Made by a program: the position numbers and the translations under genes
Source: Cypionkella sp.
Lineage (GTDB): Bacteria > Pseudomonadota > Alphaproteobacteria > Rhodobacterales > Rhodobacteraceae
Assembly: GCA_031422555.1 (NCBI GenBank)
Contig: JANPLZ010000056.1
Coordinates: 1,026-65,025, forward strand
Length of the DNA stretch: 64,000 bases
Reading direction: 5' to 3'
Notes under the pieces: generated by a model
Seen by the model: the letters and a program-made list of their open reading frames with translations, nothing else
What the model was told of the DNA's origin: nothing
The model's database searches: none
In this document: positions 46,570-56,023 of the stretch, piece after piece
How the letters are laid out: each line of letters begins with the position of its first letter
How positions within the stretch are numbered: the stretch's first letter is position 1

Positions 46570-47919
46570 ATGCGGCTTGATACTCTGCCGCCCATGCGCT
46601 TTCGCCTGAAGCCCTTTTTGCCCCGCAGCCTGTTTGGCCGTGCCGCCCTTATTCTGGTGGTTCCCGTGATTGGTGTGCAATTGGCGGTGTCGGTGGTGTT
46701 CATTCAGCGCCATTTTGAAGATGTCACCCAGCAGATGACCACTGCGGTGGCCATCGAGGTGCAGGCGGTTCTGGCAACCATCGCCAGCGCCGATGATCTG
46801 GCGCAGGCACAATTGCGCGCCGCCGCACTGGCGCAGGCCTTGCAAGTGCAGATCGCCTTGCCGCCAACCGGCCCCGCGGCCCCCCCAGCCGATCTGCGGC
46901 CCGGCTTGGATTTTTCGGGCCGCGGCGTGGTTGCCACGCTGCGCCAAGGGCTACCGGGTTTGGTGGCGGTGGATTTGGCCAGCAACAGCCGGATCGTGCA
47001 GATTTACCTTACCACCGCGCAAGGCCCGGCATTGATCACCGTGGCGCGCAACCGCATGTCACCGACCAACTCGCATCAATTGCTGGTCTGGATGGTGTTT
47101 ACCGCCGCCTTGATGACTTTTATCGCCTATATCTTCTTGCGCAACCAACTGACGCCGATCACCCGGCTGGCCCGCGCCGCCGAGGCGTTCGGCAAAGGTC
47201 AGACCGTGGCGTATCGCCCGCGCGGGGCGACCGAAGTGCGCGCGGCGGGCAATGCGTTTTTGGACATGCGGGCGCGGATTGAACGTCAGATCGAAAGCCG
47301 CACGTTGCTGTTGTCCGGCGTCAGCCATGATTTGCGCACGCCCTTGACGCGGCTGAAGCTGGGGCTGTCGTTTTTGCCCGAAGATGACGAAACCGAGGCG
47401 CTGAGACGCGATGTGGTGGATATGGAACGGCTGGTTGACGAATTTCTGGCCTTTGTGCGCGGCGATGCGATGGAGGATGCGGAAACGGTTGATCCGCGCG
47501 CATTGCTGCGGTTGGCGGTGGAAAATGCGGTGCGGGCCGGGCAGAAGGTGGTGTTGGGCGCTGTTGACGGGCCAGAAGCGGTGCGCCTGCGCCCGCAAGC
47601 GGTGATGCGGGCGTTGGAAAATCTGATCGGCAACGCGGTGCGCTATGGCACCCATGCCCGCGTCAGTCTGGCGATGACCGACCGCGCGGTGCGGATGATC
47701 GTCGAAGATGACGGGCCGGGCATAGCGCGAGAGTTGCGCGACGAGGCGATGGTGCCGTTCAAACGGCTGGACGCGGCGCGCGACCCGAACAAGGGCGGCG
47801 GCGTCGGGTTGGGTCTGTCGATTGCCGCCGATATTGCCCGCAGCCACGGCGGGGCGCTGCGGTTGGGCGAAAGCGAGGCGATGGGCGGCTTGCGGGCAGA
47901 ATTGACGCTGGCGCGGTAA
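46570..47919 (+). CDS. Two-component sensor histidine kinase (TM-HAMP-HisKA-HATPase, EnvZ-like)
   Basis: H-box 'LSGVSHDLRTPLTRL', N-box 'LENLIGNAVRYG', G-boxes 'EDDGPGI' and 'GGGVGLGLSIA'. The start is either the ATG at 46570 or the ATG at 46594 (MRFRLKPFLPRSLF...). Confidence 0.8.
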   Translation: MRLDTLPPMRFRLKPFLPRSLFGRAALILVVPVIGVQLAVSVVFIQRHFEDVTQQMTTAVAIEVQAVLATIASADDLAQAQLRAAALAQALQVQIALPPTGPAAPPADLRPGLDFSGRGVVATLRQGLPGLVAVDLASNSRIVQIYLTTAQGPALITVARNRMSPTNSHQLLVWMVFTAALMTFIAYIFLRNQLTPITRLARAAEAFGKGQTVAYRPRGATEVRAAGNAFLDMRARIERQIESRTLLLSGVSHDLRTPLTRLKLGLSFLPEDDETEALRRDVVDMERLVDEFLAFVRGDAMEDAETVDPRALLRLAVENAVRAGQKVVLGAVDGPEAVRLRPQAVMRALENLIGNAVRYGTHARVSLAMTDRAVRMIVEDDGPGIARELRDEAMVPFKRLDAARDPNKGGGVGLGLSIAADIARSHGGALRLGESEAMGGLRAELTLAR

Positions 47920-48020
47920 GATACCGCCAGCAAGATGTCGGGCACCTGCTGCACCCGCTGCACCCGCAGGACTTGCGCCAGAATCATCCGCAATTTCAGC
48001 CAGATGTCAGCAAGAAAATC

Positions 48021-48671
48021 TCACAGCGCCGATCCATCAGGCCCAATGATGCGGCCCCCGGCGGCTTCGGCGTCGCCCGGATCATGGGTAACCAATATCA
48101 CCGGCAGGCGATGGCTACGGGCGCGGTCCAGCACGAATTGGCGGATGTGATGGCGCAAGCCAAGGTCCAGCCTTGAAAACGGCTCGTCCAGCAACAAGGC
48201 TGCGGGTTGGGCCAGCAGGGTGCGCAACAAAGCCGCGCGGGCGCGTTGACCGCCCGAAAGCGTGGCAGGATCGCGGTTTGCAAAGCCCGCCAGATCGGCG
48301 TCGGCCAGCGCCTGATCGATGATCTCGCGCCGCTGGGCCTTGTTGCCCGCATCTGCTGGCAAGCCAAAGCCCAGATTTTGCCCAACCGACAAATGCGCAA
48401 ACAGCACGTCGTCTTGAAACAATATCCCGATGCGGCGCCGCGCTGTAGGCAGATGCGACACGTCACGCCCGTTCAACACGATCTGGCCAGACACGCCGAA
48501 CCCCGCAGGCAGGCTGCCGATGATCGCCGACAGCAATGTTGATTTGCCCGACCCGGACGGCCCCATCACCACCAGAACCTCGGCCGGGGCGATCCGGGTG
48601 TTCAAGGCGGCAATCTGCGTGCCCAGATGCGTGACGCGCAGATCGCGCAGATCCAACCCGGTTTGGGTCAT
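48021..48671 (-). CDS. ABC transporter ATP-binding protein (YnjD-like)
   Basis: Walker A 'GPSGSGKST', signature 'LSGGQRARAALLRT', Walker B 'LLLDEPFSRLD'. At 216 aa it has no extra domain. Confidence 0.8.
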   Translation of the reverse strand: MTQTGLDLRDLRVTHLGTQIAALNTRIAPAEVLVVMGPSGSGKSTLLSAIIGSLPAGFGVSGQIVLNGRDVSHLPTARRRIGILFQDDVLFAHLSVGQNLGFGLPADAGNKAQRREIIDQALADADLAGFANRDPATLSGGQRARAALLRTLLAQPAALLLDEPFSRLDLGLRHHIRQFVLDRARSHRLPVILVTHDPGDAEAAGGRIIGPDGSAL

Positions 48672-50377
48672 AGGCTTGCCTGCCGCATGCCGCGCCGGTT
48701 GGCATAGATCAGCCGCGGCAGCGCTATGGCCAGCGCAAAGCCCGCCGCAGGCCCCAGCATTTGCAACAGCCCATAAGCCCCGATGATCCGCCGATTGCCC
48801 CCAGATGACAGCGCAACCGCTTGGGTGGTCAGGGTTTCAATGCGCCCGCCACCGATCAGTAAGGTGGGCAGATATTGCGCCACCGACACCGACAGCCCCA
48901 AGGCGGTGGCGGTCAACACCGCTGGCATCAGCATTGGCAGTCGCAGGCACCAGAACACCCGTGCCGGGCTGGCCCCCAAGGCGGCCCCGATCAGCGCCTG
49001 ACGGGCATCCCATTGACGGTAGGGGCCCCCAAGCGACAAGAACACATAAGGCAGAACGAACACCACATGCGCCAGCGCCACCGCCCACAGCGCCAGACCG
49101 GGTGCTGCGATCCACAGGTTCAGCATCTGCAATCCCGGCAAAAAGGCGATCTGCGGCACCAGCAGCGGCACATAGAGCAGCCACAGCGCGCGGGCTTTGG
49201 GGTGCAGATCAAAGCGGTGTTCGGCTTCAAGGCAGGCCAGCACGATGATCAGCGACAGCGCCGTGGCAAGCGCCGCGATTGCAAGAGTGGCACCGCCTGT
49301 GGCAGCCAGATCCGGGGCAGCGCGGGCCCAGGTTTGCAGGCTGATCTGGTGGGGCAGGGCGTCCGGGAACGGCCATAACCCGGCGACGGACCACAGGGCC
49401 AGCCCTGCCAGCCCGGCAAACAACAGCCCCGCCAGAACGCTGCCCACCGCAATTGCCGTCAGCCGCGCCGGGGCATCGGCCCCGGCCATGCGCCAGCCCC
49501 GACCTGCCACGGCGATCAGTGCCGCCTTGGCCACACGCTCGGTTCCGTGCCACGCCAGCAGCACCCCGACGACCGCCAGCAGTTGCACCACGGCCCCGGC
49601 GGCGGCGGTGCTGCGCATGGTCAGGCTGGGCTCCATCATCCACTGGGTGATTTGCACCGACAGCGTCGGCGGCAGGCTGGGGCCAAGGATCGCCGCCATA
49701 TCCACCGTGGTCATCGCATAAGTCAGCACCGCATAGACCGGCAGGCGCAACTGGCGGTAAAGGCCGGGCAGCACCGTCAGCACAAAGCCCCAGACCCGGC
49801 CATACCCCAAAGACGTCGCCGACATCAGCCGCCGGGTGGCATCGGTTTGCGGCAAGGCGGCAAGGGTCATCAGCAGCAAAAACGGCACTTCCTTGGCGAT
49901 CAGCCCCACAATCAGCGCCCAGCCGCCCGGATCGTTCAGGATCAACAGATCGGGCGGATTTTGCCACCCCGTTGCCCAAGGCGACAGCGCGCGCGCCACC
50001 CAGCCCGACGGCGCGATCAGGAACGCAAGGCCCAAGGCGGCGGCGGCATGTGGCACCGCCAGCAGCGGCGACAGCAGATGCTGGATCACCCCAAAGACGC
50101 GACTGCCCAGCAAGGCGGCAACGATCCCCAGCGTGATCCCCAACGACACCAGGGTCGATACCGCCCCGGTGATCACCGACAGATGCACGGCGCGCCACAG
50201 GCCCGGCCAATCGGCCAAGGCGCGAAACGCCGCGGCACCCTCGCCGTTGGTCAGCCCAAAGGCCGGCAGGATGGTGCCCGCCAGTCCGGCCAGAACCGGC
50301 ACAATCAACAGGGCAACCGTCAGGTGCGGGGCAAAGCGCAACAGGCTGAACCGCGGGCGGGGGGCGCGGGCGGGCAT
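48668..50377 (-). CDS. ABC transporter permease, duplicated (two fused permease domains, YnjC/ThiP-like)
   Basis: About 569 aa from the ATG at 50377, with roughly 12 TM stretches in two repeats. ATGA overlap with the ATPase gene. Confidence 0.75.
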   Translation of the reverse strand: MPARAPRPRFSLLRFAPHLTVALLIVPVLAGLAGTILPAFGLTNGEGAAAFRALADWPGLWRAVHLSVITGAVSTLVSLGITLGIVAALLGSRVFGVIQHLLSPLLAVPHAAAALGLAFLIAPSGWVARALSPWATGWQNPPDLLILNDPGGWALIVGLIAKEVPFLLLMTLAALPQTDATRRLMSATSLGYGRVWGFVLTVLPGLYRQLRLPVYAVLTYAMTTVDMAAILGPSLPPTLSVQITQWMMEPSLTMRSTAAAGAVVQLLAVVGVLLAWHGTERVAKAALIAVAGRGWRMAGADAPARLTAIAVGSVLAGLLFAGLAGLALWSVAGLWPFPDALPHQISLQTWARAAPDLAATGGATLAIAALATALSLIIVLACLEAEHRFDLHPKARALWLLYVPLLVPQIAFLPGLQMLNLWIAAPGLALWAVALAHVVFVLPYVFLSLGGPYRQWDARQALIGAALGASPARVFWCLRLPMLMPAVLTATALGLSVSVAQYLPTLLIGGGRIETLTTQAVALSSGGNRRIIGAYGLLQMLGPAAGFALAIALPRLIYANRRGMRQASL

Positions 50378-50399
50378 CACCTTTGGGCGGCGGCCCTGA

Positions 50400-51614
50400 T
50401 CATTGCGCCACGCCGTAACGGGCGGTCCAGTCGGCGGCAATGCGCTCCATCCAGCTGGCATGCGGTTCCAGCAAAACGGGGCCCAGATCGGCGGGCGACA
50501 GGGTGGCCACGCCCAAGGCAAGGCCGTTAAACCGGGCGCGGTCCTGCGGCCCCAAAGCCGCCATGTTCAGCACGGTCTGAAATCCCAAAACGCCCGGATC
50601 CTGCGCGCGGGCTTGCACGGCCGGATCCAGCAGCAGGTTGGCCACCACCAAAGCCCCGGCGCGGTGAGCCGCATTGAACGGGATCGCCACAAAAGACGCG
50701 TTGCCGATGGTGCCGCCGTCCAAAACGAAGGTGCGCATTGTGTCGGGCAGGTTGCCCGCCGCAATCTCGGCGCTGGCCCGGCCGGGGTTGAAGGCAAACG
50801 AGATGTCGGTTTCGCCGTCGGCCAGCAGTTGCCCCAAGGCGGGTTCATTGGCCGGAAACGCCGCCGCCTTGCGCCACAATGAGGGGTGAATATCGTCCAG
50901 CATCGCCCATAACGGCGCTGTGTCGGTGGCATAGCTGGCCTCGGACACCGGCGATTGCAACACACTTGGATTGGCCATCACGCCATAAAGCGCTTGTTTC
51001 AAAAAGGTGGTGCCCAGATAATCCGGCGGCTGCGGATAGGTAAAGCGGCCCGGATTGGCCTTGATCCAGTCCACCAAAGCCACCAGCGTTTTGGGCGGGG
51101 CGGCGGCTAGGCGGGCACTGTCATATTCAAACACCAGCTGCGCCATGGCCCAAGGCGATTCGTAGGCTTCGGTGGGCAGGGTGAAATCGGTAACAACCGC
51201 CGGTTTGCCGACCACATCAACCAAAGGCCAGTTTGGCAATCCATCGGCAAAGGGCCCGTGCAAAAGACCTTGGGATTTCATTGCGGCAAAGTTTTCGCCG
51301 TTGATCCAGATCATATCAACCGCACCACCGCTGGTTAGCCCGGCCTCTTGTTCCGCCAGAACGCGGGCCACGGCATCGGCGGTAGAGGCCAGTTTGACAT
51401 GCTCGATCATCACACCGTGCCGCGCCTTGGCCTCGGCACCGACCCAGGCGATGAAATCGTTGATCTTGGTATCGCCGCCCCAGGCATGCCAATAGACGGT
51501 TTGGCCCGCAGCCTCGGCCAGCACCGCCTGCCAATCGCCTGCAAGGGCCTTGCCGCCCAAAAGCCCCAGCACCATCGCCGAGACCGATACCTGGCCAAAT
51601 TCGCGTCTGTTCAT
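50400..51614 (-). CDS. ABC transporter substrate-binding protein (YnjB-like)
   Basis: From the ATG at 51614 (AAAAGGGG RBS): signal peptide MNRREFGQVSVSAMVLGLLGGKALA. 'VYWHAWGGDTKINDFI' is as in YnjB-type SBPs. Confidence 0.7.
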   Translation of the reverse strand: MNRREFGQVSVSAMVLGLLGGKALAGDWQAVLAEAAGQTVYWHAWGGDTKINDFIAWVGAEAKARHGVMIEHVKLASTADAVARVLAEQEAGLTSGGAVDMIWINGENFAAMKSQGLLHGPFADGLPNWPLVDVVGKPAVVTDFTLPTEAYESPWAMAQLVFEYDSARLAAAPPKTLVALVDWIKANPGRFTYPQPPDYLGTTFLKQALYGVMANPSVLQSPVSEASYATDTAPLWAMLDDIHPSLWRKAAAFPANEPALGQLLADGETDISFAFNPGRASAEIAAGNLPDTMRTFVLDGGTIGNASFVAIPFNAAHRAGALVVANLLLDPAVQARAQDPGVLGFQTVLNMAALGPQDRARFNGLALGVATLSPADLGPVLLEPHASWMERIAADWTARYGVAQ

Positions 51615-51817
51615 GTGTTTCCCCTTTTTGCCGCTTCTGGTTGCGGCTTTGACCCAAGGCATAGGGGGCATTGCAGGCCCCGCGCAATCAAAAGATTTCA
51701 TCCCTGACGCCAATGTGAGCCGGGGATGCCGATCCGTGATTGCACCTTTGGGGTTGTCATGGCACCGATGGCAGACGGTGCCGGGGTCTGTTGGCGGGGA
51801 ATATCGGGGGGCGCGCA

Positions 51818-52426
51818 ATGCTGGACGGGATACTGCGCAAGGCGATTGATCCCATCGTAAACCGCTGGGGCCAGCGGCTGGCGCAAGGTGGCGTTGCGGC
51901 AAACACAATCACACTGGTGGGGCTTGGGCTTGGGCTGTTGGCAGCGGCGTTGATCGCGGCGGGCGCGCCGGGTTGGCTTGCGCTGGGGCCATTGCTGGCG
52001 GGCCGGGTGGCTGATGGGCTGGACGGGGCGGTGGCGCGGGTGACCAAAGCATCAGATTTCGGCGGCTATCTGGATATTGCCTGCGACTTTTTGGTCTATG
52101 GCGCGATCCCCTTGGCCTTTGTGCTGCGCGACACAGATGCGAACGCGGCGGCGGGGGCGTTCTTGTTGTGCAGCTTTTATGTCAATGGGGCGACGTTTCT
52201 GGGCTTTGCCATTCTGGCGGCCAAACGCGGGATGGAAACCCGGGCGCGGGGCGAAAAATCGCTGTATTTCACTGCAGGACTGCTGGAAGGCGCGGAAACC
52301 ATCGCCTTGTTCATCGCCTTTTGCCTTTGGCCCGCAGCCTTTGCACCGCTGGCCTGGGGCTTTGGCGCGCTGTGTTTTGTAACCGCCCTGTCGCGGGTTT
52401 TGCTGGCGCGCCGGATTTTTACCTGA
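51818..52426 (+). CDS. CDP-alcohol phosphatidyltransferase family protein
   Basis: 'ADGLDGAVARVTKASDFGGYLDIACDFLVY' matches the D-G-x2-A-R-x8-G-x3-D-x3-D signature. Multi-TM. Confidence 0.75.
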   Translation: MLDGILRKAIDPIVNRWGQRLAQGGVAANTITLVGLGLGLLAAALIAAGAPGWLALGPLLAGRVADGLDGAVARVTKASDFGGYLDIACDFLVYGAIPLAFVLRDTDANAAAGAFLLCSFYVNGATFLGFAILAAKRGMETRARGEKSLYFTAGLLEGAETIALFIAFCLWPAAFAPLAWGFGALCFVTALSRVLLARRIFT

Positions 52427-52560
52427 CCTTAATCGACGGGGCGTCGTGGTGGCGGGACGATGAAAATAAACCCCCGCCCTTGCAGCCCCCGGCGCGCAAT
52501 ACTAAGACTCTGTCAAGTATCCGGCGATAAATCTGAAACGGCAAAAGAGGCACGTTTGAC

Positions 52561-53190
52561 ATGCGCGATCCCATCGACCTTTACATGAATACCCTTGTGC
52601 CCATGGTGGTTGAACAAACCAGCCGTGGAGAGCGGGCCTATGACATCTTCTCGCGCATGCTTAAGGAACGGATCATCTTTCTGTCCGGCCCGGTGCATGA
52701 CGGCATGTCGGCGCTGATCTGTGCGCAGTTGCTGTTTCTTGAGGCGGAAAATCCGTCGAAGGAAATTGCCATGTATATCAACTCGCCGGGTGGTGTGGTG
52801 ACCTCTGGCCTGTCGATCTATGACACGATGCAATATATCCGGCCCAAGGTTTCAACCTTGGTGATCGGGCAGGCGGCGTCGATGGGGTCGCTGCTGTTGC
52901 AGGCGGGCGAAAAGGGTATGCGGTTTTCGCTGCCCAACAGCCGGGTTATGGTGCACCAGCCGTCGGGCGGCTATCAGGGGCAGGCGACCGATATCATGAT
53001 CCACGCCCGTGAGACCGAAAAGCTGAAGCGCCGTTTGAACGAAATTTACGTCAAACACACCGGCAATGATTACGAAACCGTCGAAGCAGCACTTGAGCGG
53101 GACAATTTCATGTCGGCCGAAGATGCCAAAGCCTGGGGTCTGATCGACGAGATTTTCGAAAACCGCCCCAAGCTGGACGAAGTAAAGTAA
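52561..53190 (+). CDS. clpP: ATP-dependent Clp protease proteolytic subunit
   Basis: '[29 protein letters not shown]', '[11 protein letters not shown]' (catalytic Ser) and 'MVHQPSGG' (His). Confidence 0.95.
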   Translation: MRDPIDLYMNTLVPMVVEQTSRGERAYDIFSRMLKERIIFLSGPVHDGMSALICAQLLFLEAENPSKEIAMYINSPGGVVTSGLSIYDTMQYIRPKVSTLVIGQAASMGSLLLQAGEKGMRFSLPNSRVMVHQPSGGYQGQATDIMIHARETEKLKRRLNEIYVKHTGNDYETVEAALERDNFMSAEDAKAWGLIDEIFENRPKLDEVK

Positions 53191-53199
53191 CGTCTTTGT

Positions 53200-53236
53200 C
53201 CCCGGCGCGGGCGAAGGTCCGCACCGGGGGCGTTTT
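53200..53236 (+). terminator. Candidate intrinsic terminator/attenuator between clpP and clpX
   Basis: 11-bp stem CCCCGGCGCGG / CCGCACCGGGG (one mismatch), 8-nt loop, then GCGTTTT. Confidence 0.45.
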
Positions 53237-53312
53237 CAGATTGAAGCCGCGCGGGCCTTGGCCTAGACTTGACACCAGATGCCCCTAACCGGGTGCAGCC
53301 CAGAGGATACCC

Positions 53313-54578
53313 ATGGCGAGCAATTCCGGCAGCGACAGCAAGAATACGCTTTACTGTTCCTTCTGCGGCAAAAGCCAGCACGAGGTGCGCAAACTGATCG
53401 CGGGGCCAACCGTGTTCATTTGCGACGAATGCGTCGAGCTGTGCATGGACATCATCCGCGAAGAAACCAAAACCACGGGTCTGAAATCCTCTGACGGCGT
53501 GCCGGTGCCGCGCGATATCTGCAAAGTGCTGGATGATTATGTGATCGGCCAAGTCCATGCCAAACGCGTGTTGTCGGTGGCGGTGCATAACCACTACAAA
53601 CGTCTGAACCACGCCAGCAAAACCGATATTGAACTGTCGAAATCGAACATCCTGCTGATAGGTCCTACCGGCTGCGGCAAAACCTTGCTGGCGCAGACGT
53701 TGGCGCGGATACTGGACGTGCCCTTTACCATGGCGGATGCCACCACCCTGACCGAGGCGGGCTATGTCGGCGAAGATGTTGAAAACATCATCCTGAAACT
53801 GTTGCAGGCGTCGGAATACAACGTGGAACGCGCGCAGCGCGGCATCGTTTACATCGACGAAGTCGATAAAATCACCCGCAAGTCGGACAATCCGTCGATC
53901 ACCCGCGATGTGTCGGGCGAAGGCGTGCAGCAAGCACTTTTGAAGATCATGGAAGGCACCGTTGCAAGCGTTCCGCCGCAAGGCGGGCGCAAACATCCGC
54001 AGCAGGAATTTTTGCAGGTGGACACCACGAATATCCTGTTCATCTGTGGCGGCGCCTTTGCCGGTCTTGAAAAGATTATCGCCCAGCGGGGCAAAGGATC
54101 GGCGATTGGCTTTGGTGCGGCAGTGAAAGGCCCCGAAGACCGGGGGGCTGGCGAATTGTTCAAAGAATTGGAACCCGAAGATTTGCTGAAATTCGGCCTT
54201 ATCCCGGAATTTGTCGGCCGTCTGCCCGTGATTGCCACCCTTACCGATCTGGATGAGGCGGCTTTGGTCACCATCCTGACCGAACCGAAAAACGCTTTGG
54301 TCAAGCAATATCAACGGCTTTTGGAAATCGAAGGCGCGAAACTGACCTTTACCACCGATGCGCTGACGGCGATTGCCAAACGCGCGATCAAACGCAAAAC
54401 TGGCGCGCGGGGGCTGCGGTCAATCATGGAAGAAATTCTGCTCGACACCATGTTTGAATTGCCTGGCATGAACAATGTCGAAGAAGTTGTGGTCAACGAA
54501 GAGGCGGTCAACAACGGGGCCAAGCCGCTGTTGGTGTTGACCGAACCGAAAAAGAAAGAAGCCGCGACGGCGAGTTGA
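53313..54578 (+). CDS. clpX: ATP-dependent Clp protease ATP-binding subunit ClpX
   Basis: Zinc-binding N-terminus '[28 protein letters not shown]', Walker A '[12 protein letters not shown]', '[10 protein letters not shown]'. Confidence 0.95.
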   Translation: MASNSGSDSKNTLYCSFCGKSQHEVRKLIAGPTVFICDECVELCMDIIREETKTTGLKSSDGVPVPRDICKVLDDYVIGQVHAKRVLSVAVHNHYKRLNHASKTDIELSKSNILLIGPTGCGKTLLAQTLARILDVPFTMADATTLTEAGYVGEDVENIILKLLQASEYNVERAQRGIVYIDEVDKITRKSDNPSITRDVSGEGVQQALLKIMEGTVASVPPQGGRKHPQQEFLQVDTTNILFICGGAFAGLEKIIAQRGKGSAIGFGAAVKGPEDRGAGELFKELEPEDLLKFGLIPEFVGRLPVIATLTDLDEAALVTILTEPKNALVKQYQRLLEIEGAKLTFTTDALTAIAKRAIKRKTGARGLRSIMEEILLDTMFELPGMNNVEEVVVNEEAVNNGAKPLLVLTEPKKKEAATAS

Positions 54579-54582
54579 CGGC

Positions 54583-54652
54583 AGATTTTTCGGCGAAAAA
54601 TCTTCGGGAAGCCGAAAGATTTTCGCCGAAATTTTCCTGGCGAAAATTTTTC
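54583..54652 (+). repeat. Intergenic repeat family 2, copy with a long imperfect hairpin
   Basis: AGATTTTTCGGCGAAAAATCTTCGGGAAGCCGAAAGATTTTCGCCGAAATTTTCCTGGCGAAAATTTTTC. The arms TTTTTCGGCGAAAAATCTTCGG / CCGAAAGATTTTCGCCGAAA pair over about 20 bp. It starts 5 nt after the clpX stop. Confidence 0.55.
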
Positions 54653-54747
54653 AAACCCACGCGCGGTTCTTTGCACAAGCGGCCACTGCGCCCTAGACCT
54701 TGCGGCCCCGATCGGCCATAGCTGTTGCAACCACAATCGGGGCGCAC

Positions 54748-55122
54748 ATGTATTTCCTGAAACGACTTCTGACCTGGTGGAACAGCCAGACCATCGGCAC
54801 CCAAATCTTTACCGCCCGCAAAGGCATCAAGGTGGGCAGCGATGATCAGGGCAATATCTATTATCAAACCCGCGATGCCAAACGCCGCTGGGTGATTTAC
54901 AATGGCGAATCCGAGGCGTCGCGCGTGTCGCCAGACTGGCATGGCTGGCTGCATTTCACCTGGGATCAGCCACCGACAACCGCGCCGCTGTCCCACAAGT
55001 CTTGGGAAAAGCCGCATGTTGAAAACCTGACCGGCTCTGCCGCCGCCTATGCGCCGCCCGGATCCATTCGGGCCAGCACCCCGGTGGCGCGGCGCGACTA
55101 CGAGGCGTGGCAACCCGAATAA
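54748..55122 (+). CDS. NADH:ubiquinone oxidoreductase subunit NDUFA12-like protein
   Basis: '[22 protein letters not shown]...GNIYYQ...[23 protein letters not shown]' is the conserved alphaproteobacterial NDUFA12 homologue pattern. Confidence 0.8.
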   Translation: MYFLKRLLTWWNSQTIGTQIFTARKGIKVGSDDQGNIYYQTRDAKRRWVIYNGESEASRVSPDWHGWLHFTWDQPPTTAPLSHKSWEKPHVENLTGSAAAYAPPGSIRASTPVARRDYEAWQPE

Positions 55123-55589
55123 TGGCGGAAAATCGTGCAGAAATAGCGGCCGGGGCTGTGGTGGTTGCCGCGGCGGTTGGCTTTTTGATCTATGCTTCGG
55201 GTGGGTCGAACCTTGGGGCGGGGCCTGCCAGCTATCCGTTGACGGCATCGTTCCGATCGGTTGAAGGCATCCGCTCTGGCACCGATGTGCGGCTGGCAGG
55301 GGTCAAGGTTGGCACGATCACGTCGCTAAAGCTGAACCCGGTGACGTTCTTTGCTGACGCGACGATTTCTGTCGAAAAGGACATTCTGTTGCCCGACGAC
55401 ACCGCGATCCTGATTTCGTCCGAGGGGCTTTTGGGCGGCAATTTCATCGAATTGGTGCCCGGCGGGTCGGTGGAAACGCTGCAGCCCGGGGATGAGATTG
55501 AAGACACCCAAGGATCGGTCAGCCTGATTTCCTTGCTGATGAAATTCGTGTCGGGCAACAACAGCGCCGATGCGCCAGCCGCACCATGA
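55122..55589 (+). CDS. mlaD: MlaD family (MCE domain) outer-membrane lipid asymmetry protein
   Basis: N-terminal TM 'AEIAAGAVVVAAAVGFLIY' and the MCE domain 'GIRSGTDVRLAGVKVGTITSLKL'. TAATG junction with the previous gene. Confidence 0.75.
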   Translation: MAENRAEIAAGAVVVAAAVGFLIYASGGSNLGAGPASYPLTASFRSVEGIRSGTDVRLAGVKVGTITSLKLNPVTFFADATISVEKDILLPDDTAILISSEGLLGGNFIELVPGGSVETLQPGDEIEDTQGSVSLISLLMKFVSGNNSADAPAAP

Positions 55590-56023
55590 TCAGGGGTATT
55601 GTCGCGGCAGCGCTGGCGTTTGCGCCGATGGCAAACGCACAGGACATGGCCACGGCATCTGGGGCGCAGTTGCGATTTTTGGATAAATTGACCGGGGCGG
55701 TGACCGATCTGACGCTGGCCACCGGGCAAACGGCGAAACTGGGGCGGCTGACCATCGCAATGAACGAATGCCGCTATCCGGCGGACAACCAGACCGCCGA
55801 GGCATTGGCGTCAATCACGGTGATTGACGCTGCAGCGCGTGATCCGGTGTTCAATGGCTGGATGGTGGCCTCCAGTCCGGCGCTGTCGGCGCTGGATCAT
55901 CCGCGCTATGATGTTTGGGTGTTGCGCTGCGATGTGGCGGATTTGGCGCTGCCCGCGGTCGAAGAGGTGCCCGCAGAGGGGGACGCGCCCGCCGAGGATA
56001 CCGATGCCGCCGACGGGCAGTAG
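55586..56023 (+). CDS. DUF2155 domain-containing periplasmic protein
   Basis: Signal peptide MIRGIVAAALAFAPMANA. 'LRFLDKLTGAVTDLTL..G....LGRLTIAMNEC' matches DUF2155 as I recall it. ATGA overlap with mlaD. Confidence 0.65.
   Translation: MIRGIVAAALAFAPMANAQDMATASGAQLRFLDKLTGAVTDLTLATGQTAKLGRLTIAMNECRYPADNQTAEALASITVIDAAARDPVFNGWMVASSPALSALDHPRYDVWVLRCDVADLALPAVEEVPAEGDAPAEDTDAADGQ

Noticed and set aside
51615-51817. Possible TPP riboswitch in the leader of the YnjB-like SBP gene (minus strand).
   Set aside because: The reverse complement contains ...AAAGGTGCAATCACGGATCGGCATCCCCGGCTCACATTGGCGTCAGGGATG... The GCGTCAGGGA only superficially resembles GCGTAGGGA. The invariant CTGAGA and ACCTGATCTGG elements are absent.
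52470-52510. Sigma-32 or sigma-70 type promoter upstream of clpP (CTTGCA ... ATACTAA).
   Set aside because: The spacing between the CTTG/TTGCAG element and any plausible -10 hexamer is 12-15 nt, which does not fit the consensus. I cannot support a promoter call from sequence alone.
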